Shown here one piece after another: positions 47,467 through 56,888 of a DNA stretch of 64,000 nt. The translations under genes and the position numbers were made by a program. Position 1 is the stretch's first letter. Each line of letters begins with the position of its first letter. The stretch comes from Clostridiales bacterium (GTDB taxonomy: Bacteria; Bacillota; Clostridia; Christensenellales; UBA1242), in the NCBI GenBank assembly GCA_015055535.1, contig SVIA01000002.1:16314-80313 (forward strand), written 5' to 3'. The notes under the pieces were generated by a model. It saw nothing but the letters and a program-made list of their open reading frames with translations, ran no database searches and had not been told where the DNA came from.

Positions 47467-49884
47467 ATGTTAGATAAAAAGTACAATTTTTTAGAAAAAG
47501 AAGAAAAATGGCAAAATTATTGGTTTGATAATGATATTTATAAGTTTGAAAAAGATAGTAAAAAAGAAACTTATTCAATAGACACTCCACCTCCAACTTG
47601 TAATGGTAAAATTCACATGGGGCATTTATCATCTTATATGCATATTGAAACAGTTGCTCGTCACCATAGAATGAAAGGTGAGAATGTATATTTTCCATTT
47701 GGGTTTGATGATAATGGACTACCTACAGAAAGATATGTTGAAAAAATTATCAAAAAAAGAGCACATGAACTTCCAAGAGAAAAATTTGTTGAAATTTGTT
47801 TAGATGAAACTCAAAAACTTGAAGAAGAATTTTTTGATTTATATAAAAGAGCAGGTTTTAGCTGTAATTTAAAAACACATTATTCTTCAATTGCACCAAG
47901 AACACAAAAAATATCTCAACAATCTTTTATTGATTTATACAATAAAGGGTTGGTTTATCATGCTGAAGCTCCAGCACTATGGTGTACTGAATGTAGAACT
48001 GCTTGTGCTCAAAGTGAGCTTGAAGATGCCGACATTGAAAGCACGTTTAACTATTTAAAATTTTATATTAAAGGTACTAATGAATATGTAACAGTTGCAA
48101 CAACAAGACCAGAAATGCTTTGTGGTGTTGTATGTGTATTTATTAATCCTAACGATGAAAAAAATTTACATTTATTAAATAAACGTTTAGTAGTGCCATA
48201 TTTTGGTTATGATGTTCCAGTTTTAACAGATGAGCTAGTTGATCTAGAAAAAGGTTCTGGCGTTGTTATGTGCTGTACTTTTGGTGATAATGTAGATAAA
48301 GAATGGCAAAGAAAACATAACCTAGAAATTAAAAAATGTTTTACTGATGACGGAAGAATGACAAGCTTAGCTCAAGAGTTTGAAGGAATGAAAATAATTG
48401 AAGCAAGAAAACAAGTTATTGAAAAATTAAAAGAAAACGATTTATTAATAAAACAAGAAAACATTACTCATGCGGTTTCTACTCATGATCGTTGTGGTAC
48501 TCCTATTGAAATTGCTGTTAAAAAACAATGGTTTATCGATGTTTTAAGCCATAAAGAAGAATTATATCAAGCAGGACTTAACTTAAATTGGTATCCAAAA
48601 AACATGAGAGCAAGATATTTAAATTGGGTAGAAAATCTTGCGTGGAACTGGTGTATTTCTCGTCAAAGATACTTTGGTGTTCCATTCCCAGTTTGGTATT
48701 GTAAAGAGTGTGGTAAAGTAATTTTAGCCGATAGCAAAGATTTACCAGTAGATCCACTTAAAGATATGCCTAAAACTAAATGTGAATGTGGATGCACAGA
48801 ATTCATTCCAGAAACAGATGTTATGGATACTTGGGCTACATCTAGTTTAACTCCTCAAATTTCAACTGATTTAGAAACTGGTCTTGGCTTTGATGATACA
48901 ATGATTCCTATGAATTTAAGACCAAATGCTCATGATAATATTAGAGTTTGGGATTTCTATACAATTACAAAAAGTTTATATCACTTTAAAAAACTTCCTT
49001 GGAAAGATTTAATGATTTCTGGTTATGTTACAAGTAGTGATGGTAGTAAACTTGCTAAATCTAAGGGAAATAATACAAATTCACCACAAAATATTATAAA
49101 GACTTATTCAGCAGACGTTACTCGTTATTGGGCTAATAGTTTAACACTTGGTAAAGATACTGCTTTCTCACTTGTTGAATTTGATAATGGTAAGAAATTA
49201 GTAAATAAAATTTGGAATGCTTCTAAATTTGTTTTATCTTTCTTAGAAAACTATACGCCAAGCGATGTTAAACTAGAAATAATGGATAAATGGATTTTAG
49301 AAAAATATAAAGAATTATATGTAAGATTTAACGCTTGTTTAGATAAATACGAAATTGCCCTAGCATTAAATGAACTTGAAAAATTTTTCTGGAATTTCTG
49401 TGATAACTACATTGAAATTGTTAAAAGAAGATTATATAATCCAGATGTTTATGGTATAGACGCTTGCAACAGTGCAAAATATGCTTGTTATTATGTTTTA
49501 CTTGGCGTATTAAAAATGTTTGCACCAATTCTTCCACATATTACAGAAGAAATTTATATGGATTACTTTAAAGATAAAGAAAATACTAAATCAATTCACG
49601 TTTCTGGATATTTAAATTTAGGTTTAGAATTTGATAAAGACTTAATAGAAAATGGAAATAAAGTTGTTGATATTGTATCTAGTATCCGTCAATACAAATC
49701 TGAAAATAAAGTATCATTAAAAACTTTTATAGAAGATATAACAATTACTTCAAATATAACAGATTTTATTCGTCTTGCTGAAGTAGATATTAAAGCAGTT
49801 GGGTCAATTAATGAAATTAAATATAATAATGGCGAATTTAATATTGAATTTGGTAATGTAATTTTAGAAGAAACTGAAAATTAA
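47467..49884 (+). CDS. valS: valine--tRNA ligase (short, archaeal-like form)
   Basis: TPPPTCNGKIHMGH is the HIGH region. ATTRPEMLCGV is the ValRS-type TTRPET editing motif. WCISRQRYFGVPFP is present and KLAKSKGN is the KMSKS equivalent. Confidence 0.8.
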   Translation: MLDKKYNFLEKEEKWQNYWFDNDIYKFEKDSKKETYSIDTPPPTCNGKIHMGHLSSYMHIETVARHHRMKGENVYFPFGFDDNGLPTERYVEKIIKKRAHELPREKFVEICLDETQKLEEEFFDLYKRAGFSCNLKTHYSSIAPRTQKISQQSFIDLYNKGLVYHAEAPALWCTECRTACAQSELEDADIESTFNYLKFYIKGTNEYVTVATTRPEMLCGVVCVFINPNDEKNLHLLNKRLVVPYFGYDVPVLTDELVDLEKGSGVVMCCTFGDNVDKEWQRKHNLEIKKCFTDDGRMTSLAQEFEGMKIIEARKQVIEKLKENDLLIKQENITHAVSTHDRCGTPIEIAVKKQWFIDVLSHKEELYQAGLNLNWYPKNMRARYLNWVENLAWNWCISRQRYFGVPFPVWYCKECGKVILADSKDLPVDPLKDMPKTKCECGCTEFIPETDVMDTWATSSLTPQISTDLETGLGFDDTMIPMNLRPNAHDNIRVWDFYTITKSLYHFKKLPWKDLMISGYVTSSDGSKLAKSKGNNTNSPQNIIKTYSADVTRYWANSLTLGKDTAFSLVEFDNGKKLVNKIWNASKFVLSFLENYTPSDVKLEIMDKWILEKYKELYVRFNACLDKYEIALALNELEKFFWNFCDNYIEIVKRRLYNPDVYGIDACNSAKYACYYVLLGVLKMFAPILPHITEEIYMDYFKDKENTKSIHVSGYLNLGLEFDKDLIENGNKVVDIVSSIRQYKSENKVSLKTFIEDITITSNITDFIRLAEVDIKAVGSINEIKYNNGEFNIEFGNVILEETEN

Positions 49885-49899
49885 ATTGAGAGGAATTTT

Positions 49900-52800
49900 A
49901 TGAAAAAAGAAAATGCAAGTTTAAACTTTGTCGAACTAGAACATAATGTTTTAGATAAATGGAAAAATATGAATTTATTCCATAAAATAGTCGACAAAAA
50001 TAAAAATAGTGAAAAAAGATTTAGATTTTTAGATGGACCAATGACTGCAAACAATCGTGCTGGCGTTCATCATTTTTGGGGTAGAATTTTAAAAGATATT
50101 ATTATTAAGTATCATTCTATGAAAGGTGAAAGTCAACAATTTCAAAATGGCTTTGACGCACAAGGCATGTGGGTAGAAGTTAATGTTGAAAAAGCCTTGG
50201 GCTTAAATGGTAAACCTGAAATTATAGACTATGGAATGGATAAATTCACAGAAAAGTGTATTGAAAGAGTAAATCACTTTGCTGGTGAAATTACAGAGCA
50301 AAGTAAACGTATGGGTCAAATTATGGATTGGGATGATTCGTATTTTACTAATAGTGACGAAAACATTACTTCAATTTGGCACTTTTTAAAAGTTTGTAGT
50401 GAAAAAGGTTGGCTTGTTAAGAAAAATCGTCCAATGGTATGGTGCCCTCGTTGTGGAACAAGTATCAGTGAACATGAGCTTTCAGGTTCTTACTCTGATG
50501 TTACTCATACTGCAATATTTTTTAAATTACCAGTTAAAAATCAAGACTTTAAAATGGTTGGTTGGACAACAACTCCTTGGACACTTTGTGCTAACGTAGC
50601 TTTAGCTGTTAACCCTGAACTTACTTATGTTAAAGTTTTATTTGAAGGCGAAAAATTGGTTCTTGGTAAAGATAGCTTAAAAGTTTTAAAAGGAAGCAAT
50701 GTTGAAATTTTAGAAGAATTTACAGGAGACAAATTAGTAGGTTTAGAGTACGAAACTTGTTTTCCTGAACTTGAAATGCAAAACTTTGTTCACAAAATTT
50801 ATCCTTGGGATCAAGTTGAGGCAGGTGAAGGTGCTTGTGTAGTACACATTGCCCCTGGTTGTGGTGCAGAAGACTTTGAACTAGGAAAAGAATACAATCT
50901 TCCTGAAATTTGCCCAATAAATGAACAAGGAGTTATGTTAGATGATTGTGGTTTTATTGCTGGAAAGAAAACTACAGATGTTGTAGAAGATGTTGTTAAT
51001 AGATTAAAACAAGATAACAAACTTCTTTACGCGCATAAATACAAACATAGCTATCCTCATTGTTGGCGTTGTAAAACAGATTTAGTTTATAAACTAATTT
51101 CAACTTGGTATATTAAAATGGATGAGGTTCGTCCACAACTTTTAAAAGCAATTGATGAAGTTGAGTTTCAACCAGCTTATGCTAAAAAACGTATGGAAGA
51201 CTGGTTAAATAATATGGGCGACTGGAATATTTCTCGTTCTCGTTTCTATGGACTTCCTCTTCCTATTTATACTTGTGAAAAATGCGGTAAAGTTCATGTA
51301 GTTGGAAGTTTAGAAGAACTTAAAAAATTAGCTGTTAATCCTGAAAAAGTAGATAATATTCCTCATCTTCATAGACCATATATTGATGAAATTCAAATTA
51401 AATGTGATTGTGGAGAAGTGTTAAATAGAATTCCAGAAGTTGGTGACTGCTGGTTAGATGCTGGTATTACTCCATTTAGCACTAAAAAATATTTTACAGA
51501 CAGAGAATATTTTAACAATAATTTCCCAAGCGATGTAGTTTGTGAAATGATTGAACAAATAAAACTATGGTTCTATAGTTTGTTAGTTATGAGCGTTGTT
51601 TTAACTGGTAAAGCACCTTACAAAAAAATTGTAACATATCAATATGTGCGTGACGAAAATGGTGATGAATTCCATAAAAGTGGCGGAAATAGTTTAGATG
51701 CTGACCATGTTGCTGATGAAGTTGGCGCAGAAGCTATAAGATATTTATATGCAAGTGCAAATCCTGTTAACGATATGCGTTTTGGATATAATTTATTAGA
51801 CGATGTTAAAAAACAATTACTAGCTTTTTGGAATATTTATGTATTCTTTAATACTTATGCTGTAATCGATAATCCAAAATTAGATGAAATTATTGAGAAA
51901 CTAGAAAATAACTCATTAGATTTAACCAACTTTACAATAACTGATAAATGGTTGTTAGAGACAATTGTTAATTTTACAAATAAAGCAAATAGTTATTATT
52001 CTGAAGATAAAGCGTATAATGTTGTTAAAGATTTTGAAAAATTAATAGATGATATTTCTAATTTCTACATTAGAAGTAATCGTAAAAGATTTTGGGATAG
52101 CGATATAAATGCTTATACTTGCTTATATTTTGCTATTAAAAATATAATTAAAGTTATGGCTCCAATAATTCCATTTATTACCGAACATATTTGGGAAAAT
52201 TTAGTATTAGAACTTGAAAAAGAAGAAGTTTCTAGTGTACATTTATGCAATTTCCCAGAATTAAAATCTTTTGGATTTAATGATTTGGTTGAAGATATAG
52301 AAAAATCTAGAGAAATAATATATCTAGCTCAAAAATTAAGAAACGAAAATAAAATTAAAGTTAAACAACCATTATCAAACATGTTTTTAAAAGTGAGTGA
52401 TGATTATAAAAAGGCTGTTATTAACTTAACAGATATAATTAAAGAAGAATTAAACATTAAAAACATTGAATTTGTTGATGCTGATGATAAATTTAACACA
52501 AAACAATTAAACTTAAACTTTAAAGTAGCAGGTAAAGTGCTTGGTGGTGAATTAAATAAATATCTAAACGTATTAAAAAGTTCTAGTGAAGCTGAAATGA
52601 ATGAATACGTAAAAGAGTTTGAAACAAAGGGTACTGTAACATTAAATGGTTTACAAACTCAAAACGGAGAATTATTTATTTTAAAATATTTGCCAAAACC
52701 AGAATTTGCAATATCAATTGAAAATAATAATATTGTTGCCTTAGATATAACGCTTACTAATGAGTTAATTAGCGAAGGGCATTATAGAGAAATTGTTCGT

Positions 52801-53025
52801 CAAATTCAAGTTGCTAGAAAAGAAGCAGATTTTAAAATTGAAGATAGAATTATTTTAGATTTGACAAGTCAAGATGAAAAGATGCAACAAACTATAGATA
52901 AATTTATGTCTAAAATAATGCTTGAAACTTTAGCTGTTGAAAATAAAACACTTGATAATGCAGAGTATAAAACTACATTTAAAGTTAATGAAAAAGATAT
53001 AGTTTTAAAACTAAAAAGAGTATAA
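49900..53025 (+). CDS. ileS: isoleucine--tRNA ligase (divergent signature motifs)
   Basis: WTTTPWTLCANVALAVNP is the IleRS-type TTTPWT editing motif. CWRCKTDLVYKLISTWYI and WNISRSRFYGLPLP are present. The HIGH position reads GVHH and the KMSKS position reads FHKSGGN. GAGAGGA SD lies 15 nt after the valS stop. Confidence 0.7.
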   Translation: MKKENASLNFVELEHNVLDKWKNMNLFHKIVDKNKNSEKRFRFLDGPMTANNRAGVHHFWGRILKDIIIKYHSMKGESQQFQNGFDAQGMWVEVNVEKALGLNGKPEIIDYGMDKFTEKCIERVNHFAGEITEQSKRMGQIMDWDDSYFTNSDENITSIWHFLKVCSEKGWLVKKNRPMVWCPRCGTSISEHELSGSYSDVTHTAIFFKLPVKNQDFKMVGWTTTPWTLCANVALAVNPELTYVKVLFEGEKLVLGKDSLKVLKGSNVEILEEFTGDKLVGLEYETCFPELEMQNFVHKIYPWDQVEAGEGACVVHIAPGCGAEDFELGKEYNLPEICPINEQGVMLDDCGFIAGKKTTDVVEDVVNRLKQDNKLLYAHKYKHSYPHCWRCKTDLVYKLISTWYIKMDEVRPQLLKAIDEVEFQPAYAKKRMEDWLNNMGDWNISRSRFYGLPLPIYTCEKCGKVHVVGSLEELKKLAVNPEKVDNIPHLHRPYIDEIQIKCDCGEVLNRIPEVGDCWLDAGITPFSTKKYFTDREYFNNNFPSDVVCEMIEQIKLWFYSLLVMSVVLTGKAPYKKIVTYQYVRDENGDEFHKSGGNSLDADHVADEVGAEAIRYLYASANPVNDMRFGYNLLDDVKKQLLAFWNIYVFFNTYAVIDNPKLDEIIEKLENNSLDLTNFTITDKWLLETIVNFTNKANSYYSEDKAYNVVKDFEKLIDDISNFYIRSNRKRFWDSDINAYTCLYFAIKNIIKVMAPIIPFITEHIWENLVLELEKEEVSSVHLCNFPELKSFGFNDLVEDIEKSREIIYLAQKLRNENKIKVKQPLSNMFLKVSDDYKKAVINLTDIIKEELNIKNIEFVDADDKFNTKQLNLNFKVAGKVLGGELNKYLNVLKSSSEAEMNEYVKEFETKGTVTLNGLQTQNGELFILKYLPKPEFAISIENNNIVALDITLTNELISEGHYREIVRQIQVARKEADFKIEDRIILDLTSQDEKMQQTIDKFMSKIMLETLAVENKTLDNAEYKTTFKVNEKDIVLKLKRV

Positions 53026-53030
53026 ATAAG

Positions 53031-53058
53031 AGTTTCACTTTATAGTGAAACTTTTTTA
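53031..53058 (+). terminator. rho-independent terminator after ileS
   Basis: AGTTTCACT-TTAT-AGTGAAACT followed by a T-run. Confidence 0.7.
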
Positions 53059-53192
53059 TTTTTAATCTAATAGTTAATATTTATTTAAATAATTGATCTA
53101 AATTTTAAATTATATATTAATATATAAAAATTAAAATTCACTATTGACAATAATGAAAAAATATAATAAAATATTTTTAATTAGGAGAGATT

Positions 53193-54323
53193 ATGAAAAA
53201 TAGAAAACTATCACTTGTTGAAAGCCCAAATATCGAAAAATTAAGAGTAGATAATAAAAAATATGAAATGATTTTACAATCAGCTGAAAAAATTGCGAAA
53301 GATACTTCTTTTGACCCTGAAGTTTTATCTTATGTTGAATTAGATGAAGAAAATTTTACTCACTTATGTTTGGTTAATTTTGCCGATATTCACTTCTTTG
53401 ATCAAGGCATGCAAAAGAAAAGATTCGATTTAGCAAGTGATTTTTTAAAAAACACATCTAATGCTTATGGTGTTTTATCTGGAGATACTTTTACAGTTAG
53501 TACTTTAAGCGGAGCCTCAAATGCTCATGTTAATAAAATTAATAATACAAATTCAGCTATTCTTGGTAAACAATGTTTAAGTAAAATTAGCGATAAAATA
53601 TTGTTTGGTGTTGGTGGTAACCACGATGGCGAACATGGTTCAAGAAATCGTGATTCTAACATTAGTTTAACAAGAAATGTATTAGACAGCATTAATGTTT
53701 CTTATTTTCAATATAACGTTTTATTAAAAATGAATTTTAATGATTGTCCATTTTACGTTTTTGTTACTCATGGTTGTGGTAAAGCCAATTCTAAAGCATC
53801 TGCTCTAGATGTAATGAAGGCAAAATGTTCTAGTATTTTTAGCCGTTTTGGAATTTATCCTAATTTAGTTTTATCAGGTCATTTTCATGCTGATGTTAAT
53901 GGAAGATATATTGTACAAGTTCCTGTATATAAAAATGGTCAATTAGTTGCAACTAAAAATCAGGAATTAATAATTGAAAGTGCACCAGCTCTTCAAGGAG
54001 ATAGTGAATTTACAACTGCTTATAATATGGATATGACTAAGCCAAATGTAAATGCTTTTGATATTAGTTTTAAAAAGAATCCTTATTTTAATACAAAAAC
54101 AAAATTAACAGAAAGTCCTATTATTTGGACAATTAATAAATTTCCGCTACTTAGACATGGAAAAGATGAATTATCTACTCCAGCTAAAATTTATATGGAA
54201 AAGTATAAAGAACCAATAGAATTAAAAGGTCAAATTGATAAACTTATTAATGAAACTGGCTTAAATCTTGATGGTTTAAAACAAAGCATTCAAAAACTTG
54301 GTGAGGAGGTAAAAGAATTTTAA
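53193..54323 (+). CDS. calcineurin-like metallophosphoesterase with all five motifs intact
   Basis: The motifs are FADIHF (DxH), LSGDTF (GD), GGNHDG (GNHD), VTHGCG (H) and SGHFHAD (GHxH). AGGAGAG SD is present. Confidence 0.7.
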   Translation: MKNRKLSLVESPNIEKLRVDNKKYEMILQSAEKIAKDTSFDPEVLSYVELDEENFTHLCLVNFADIHFFDQGMQKKRFDLASDFLKNTSNAYGVLSGDTFTVSTLSGASNAHVNKINNTNSAILGKQCLSKISDKILFGVGGNHDGEHGSRNRDSNISLTRNVLDSINVSYFQYNVLLKMNFNDCPFYVFVTHGCGKANSKASALDVMKAKCSSIFSRFGIYPNLVLSGHFHADVNGRYIVQVPVYKNGQLVATKNQELIIESAPALQGDSEFTTAYNMDMTKPNVNAFDISFKKNPYFNTKTKLTESPIIWTINKFPLLRHGKDELSTPAKIYMEKYKEPIELKGQIDKLINETGLNLDGLKQSIQKLGEEVKEF

Positions 54324-55501
54324 TGGAACAATATGGAAAGAAAGGACCTTACACTAATGCTGTAAAAAATAATTATATTTTAGAAAAATTCTATGAAGAA
54401 AATTTCCAAAAGAAAGACGCAAGCATTCTAGAAAGCTTTAAAGTTAGTAAAGTAAATTTAGCAACAAATGAAGTTGTTGAGGGTTTAGAAACTCCACTTG
54501 TAGAAGATTATGTTCAAGAAGTTTTAAGTCGTAAAATAAGTGTAGTGTCTGATAATGTTGTTGAAATAGCAAAAAATCAAGAATGTTTAAATTTAATATT
54601 TTATTGTTCAGCCAATTACTTTGATATGAGTAATCCTCAAAAAGGTATTTGTAGTGGTAAAAATGAAGAAATTATAGCTAATTTATCAAGTGTTAATCCA
54701 AATGGAAAAACTGTTGTTGTATTTGGTGGAGATTTACTTGGCGAAGAGTGGCAAATAAAATATTTAAAAAATGCAAGAATAGAAAATAATAAAGCATTAT
54801 ATTTTGGATTAAATAAAAGAAAAAATCGACTAATTAGAGATATTAAAAAATTCTTTTCTTTTAGTGAAAAACTTGGTCTTGATATTGATATCTATTTAAT
54901 GAGGGGACATCAAGAACACTTTATTATTAAAGAATTAAACCGTGATATTTTTGAAGAAGTTGTATTAGAACTTCAAGATAAATATGTTAGTAATGGAAAA
55001 ACTAAATTGCATTATTTAAGTAGTGGTGTAAGTTTAGCGTTAAATGTTGTTAAGAAAAACAAAAATAAACCAGCTTATAGTGCTACAATAGGACTTCAAA
55101 CCAATATGAAAAACAAAACATTAACTGCAAGAGGCGAAGCGTCTGCAAGTTATAGTTATAATGGAAGTTTGCCTTCTAATGTTTGTTTTGTATGTAATGG
55201 TAATTTTGCAGGTAAGCTTGGTGATAGAACTTATCATGTTTCAGGTCAATCACAATTTATTAGAACTCCAAAAGGCAAAAAACCACAATTAGCTCCAAAA
55301 GGGTATAATGTATTTACTGTATATGTAGAAAATGATAATGAATTAACAGTTCAAGAGGGTGGCGCTAATATTTTTCCAAAAGGTTTAGAACTTCAAAATG
55401 AAGAATATAAAGAAAATAAGAAACAAGAAATTTTATTGGAAACTTGCGAAAAATTAATAAAAGATCAATTAAAAGAAATTAAACTTTCTAAGGAAAATTA
55501 A
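54323..55501 (+). CDS. degenerate metallophosphoesterase-like paralogue (metal ligands lost)
   Basis: The motifs occur in the same order but are eroded. CSANYFD replaces DxH, FGGDLLG retains GD, RGHQEHF replaces GNHD/E, and CNGNFAG replaces GHxH. The ATG overlaps the upstream TAA (TAATG). Confidence 0.5.
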   Translation: MEQYGKKGPYTNAVKNNYILEKFYEENFQKKDASILESFKVSKVNLATNEVVEGLETPLVEDYVQEVLSRKISVVSDNVVEIAKNQECLNLIFYCSANYFDMSNPQKGICSGKNEEIIANLSSVNPNGKTVVVFGGDLLGEEWQIKYLKNARIENNKALYFGLNKRKNRLIRDIKKFFSFSEKLGLDIDIYLMRGHQEHFIIKELNRDIFEEVVLELQDKYVSNGKTKLHYLSSGVSLALNVVKKNKNKPAYSATIGLQTNMKNKTLTARGEASASYSYNGSLPSNVCFVCNGNFAGKLGDRTYHVSGQSQFIRTPKGKKPQLAPKGYNVFTVYVENDNELTVQEGGANIFPKGLELQNEEYKENKKQEILLETCEKLIKDQLKEIKLSKEN

Positions 55502-55511
55502 GGAGAATATT

Positions 55512-55736
55512 ATGGAAAATAAAACTTGTAAAATTTGTAATAGTTTAGTAGTGGAAGATTTTGAATTTTGCCCTTATTGTGGTGCACCTATCACTAAAAA
55601 AGCACAACAGCTTGAAAATACAAAAACTGTTAACTCTCAACTTGTTTTGCTTGCTAGTTTAATTAGGAATATCGAAGATACAAAAAGTTTATATGTTATA
55701 GATAAATTTATTAAAAAATTAAGCAAAACTAAATAA
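55512..55736 (+). CDS. small zinc-ribbon protein
   Basis: CKICNS...CPYCGAPI at the N-terminus. AAGGAG SD. It is the last gene before the terminator. Confidence 0.55.
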   Translation: MENKTCKICNSLVVEDFEFCPYCGAPITKKAQQLENTKTVNSQLVLLASLIRNIEDTKSLYVIDKFIKKLSKTK

Positions 55737-55750
55737 TATTATTAAAATTA

Positions 55751-55788
55751 AAAGACATTTTATGATTATTTAAAATGTCTTTTTTATT
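55751..55788 (+). terminator. rho-independent terminator of the three-gene operon
   Basis: AAAGACATTTTA / TAAAATGTCTTT 12-bp arms followed by a T-run. Confidence 0.7.
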
Positions 55789-55809
55789 TTTATAAACTGT
55801 TTAAAAAAG

Positions 55810-55838
55810 TTTACATTGTTTCTAAAATGTTATATAAT
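55810..55838 (+). promoter_or_regulatory. sigma-A promoter for the XRE/RSH operon
   Basis: TTTACA (55810-15), 17 nt spacer, TATAAT (55833-38). This places the transcription start after the listed TTG at 55816, so the ATG at 55858 is the real start. Confidence 0.55.
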
Positions 55839-55857
55839 GTTACAAAAAGGATGTGTT

Positions 55858-56859
55858 ATGGAAAATTATTTTAGTTACAATTTGCAAAATTTATTAAAGA
55901 AAAACAATATTTCTCAAAGAGCGTTAGCGGAAGAATTACGTATTTCAAATACTGCTATTAGTAGATATATTAAGGGGGAAAATGAACCTAGTGTAAGTTT
56001 ACTTTTAGCATTAAAAGAAAATTACAATATAAATATAGATGAATTTTTAACAAAAAAAATAGAAATTTCTGACGTTCAAAACAAAAGTGCTACTATATTG
56101 TTTAACGATAATTATGACCAAAAATTTATTGGTAATTTTTTAATTTATTATTATAATACTGGTTTTTATAAGGGTAAAGTTGATAGTCTTGCTTATAATA
56201 CTTTAAAATATGGAGTTTTAAGCATTTATAAAAATAGTAGTAAAAATAAAGCAGTGGCAGCAATGCTTTTATTTAAAAGTAGAACAGATGCTGAAAATTA
56301 CAAATTAAAACTAGATAAAATGTCTGGTTGTGAAATTGAAGAAGAAATTAAACAAAATGAAGATTATTATACTGGAACAATTGAATTTAATTTTACGCAA
56401 ATTTTTATAAGTATATCTAATGAGAAACATAATGATAAAGGTTTAATTATATTAAATAATCCTCCTACAGATAAAAAATATATTGGTGGTCTTGGAACAA
56501 TAAATTCTGTATCTCGGGCACGTGAACTTATGCCTTGTGTACAATTTGTTATTTTATCTAAATATATTTTAAATAAGAGTGAAGGTGAATTATACAGTTT
56601 ACTTAGCTTGTCAGTGTCAGATATAAACGTTAAAAGCGAAACTGAAAAATTAATTAATTTGTTTAAAAATTTATATGTGTATACAGAAAATAACGAAGAT
56701 ATGTTTTTAGAAGAATATCAAAAAGTAAAAATTGTTGAAAACTGTTTAGAAAACTTAATGAAAGAATTAATTGACGCAAATGTGTTTAGGTATGCAAAAA
56801 TTTCTAATAGTGAAGATGACGATTTTTATAGATTAATTAAGGAAGAAAAAATAAAATAA
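55858..56859 (+). CDS. XRE-family HTH protein with a ~260-aa C-terminal domain of unknown function
   Basis: LLKKNNISQRALAEELRISNTAISRYIKGENEPS is a Cro/C1-type HTH. No motif was recognised in the remainder. Confidence 0.65.
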   Translation: MENYFSYNLQNLLKKNNISQRALAEELRISNTAISRYIKGENEPSVSLLLALKENYNINIDEFLTKKIEISDVQNKSATILFNDNYDQKFIGNFLIYYYNTGFYKGKVDSLAYNTLKYGVLSIYKNSSKNKAVAAMLLFKSRTDAENYKLKLDKMSGCEIEEEIKQNEDYYTGTIEFNFTQIFISISNEKHNDKGLIILNNPPTDKKYIGGLGTINSVSRARELMPCVQFVILSKYILNKSEGELYSLLSLSVSDINVKSETEKLINLFKNLYVYTENNEDMFLEEYQKVKIVENCLENLMKELIDANVFRYAKISNSEDDDFYRLIKEEKIK

Positions 56860-56888
56860 TTAAAAATTATTTAAATTAAGGAGTTTTT

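Noticed and set aside
53144-53167. TTGACA ... TATAAT as the promoter of the metallophosphoesterase operon
   Set aside because: The two perfect hexamers are only 12 nt apart, which is too short. A TAAAAT at 53167-53172 gives a 17-nt spacer and is the more plausible -10, but confidence is too low to list it as a feature.
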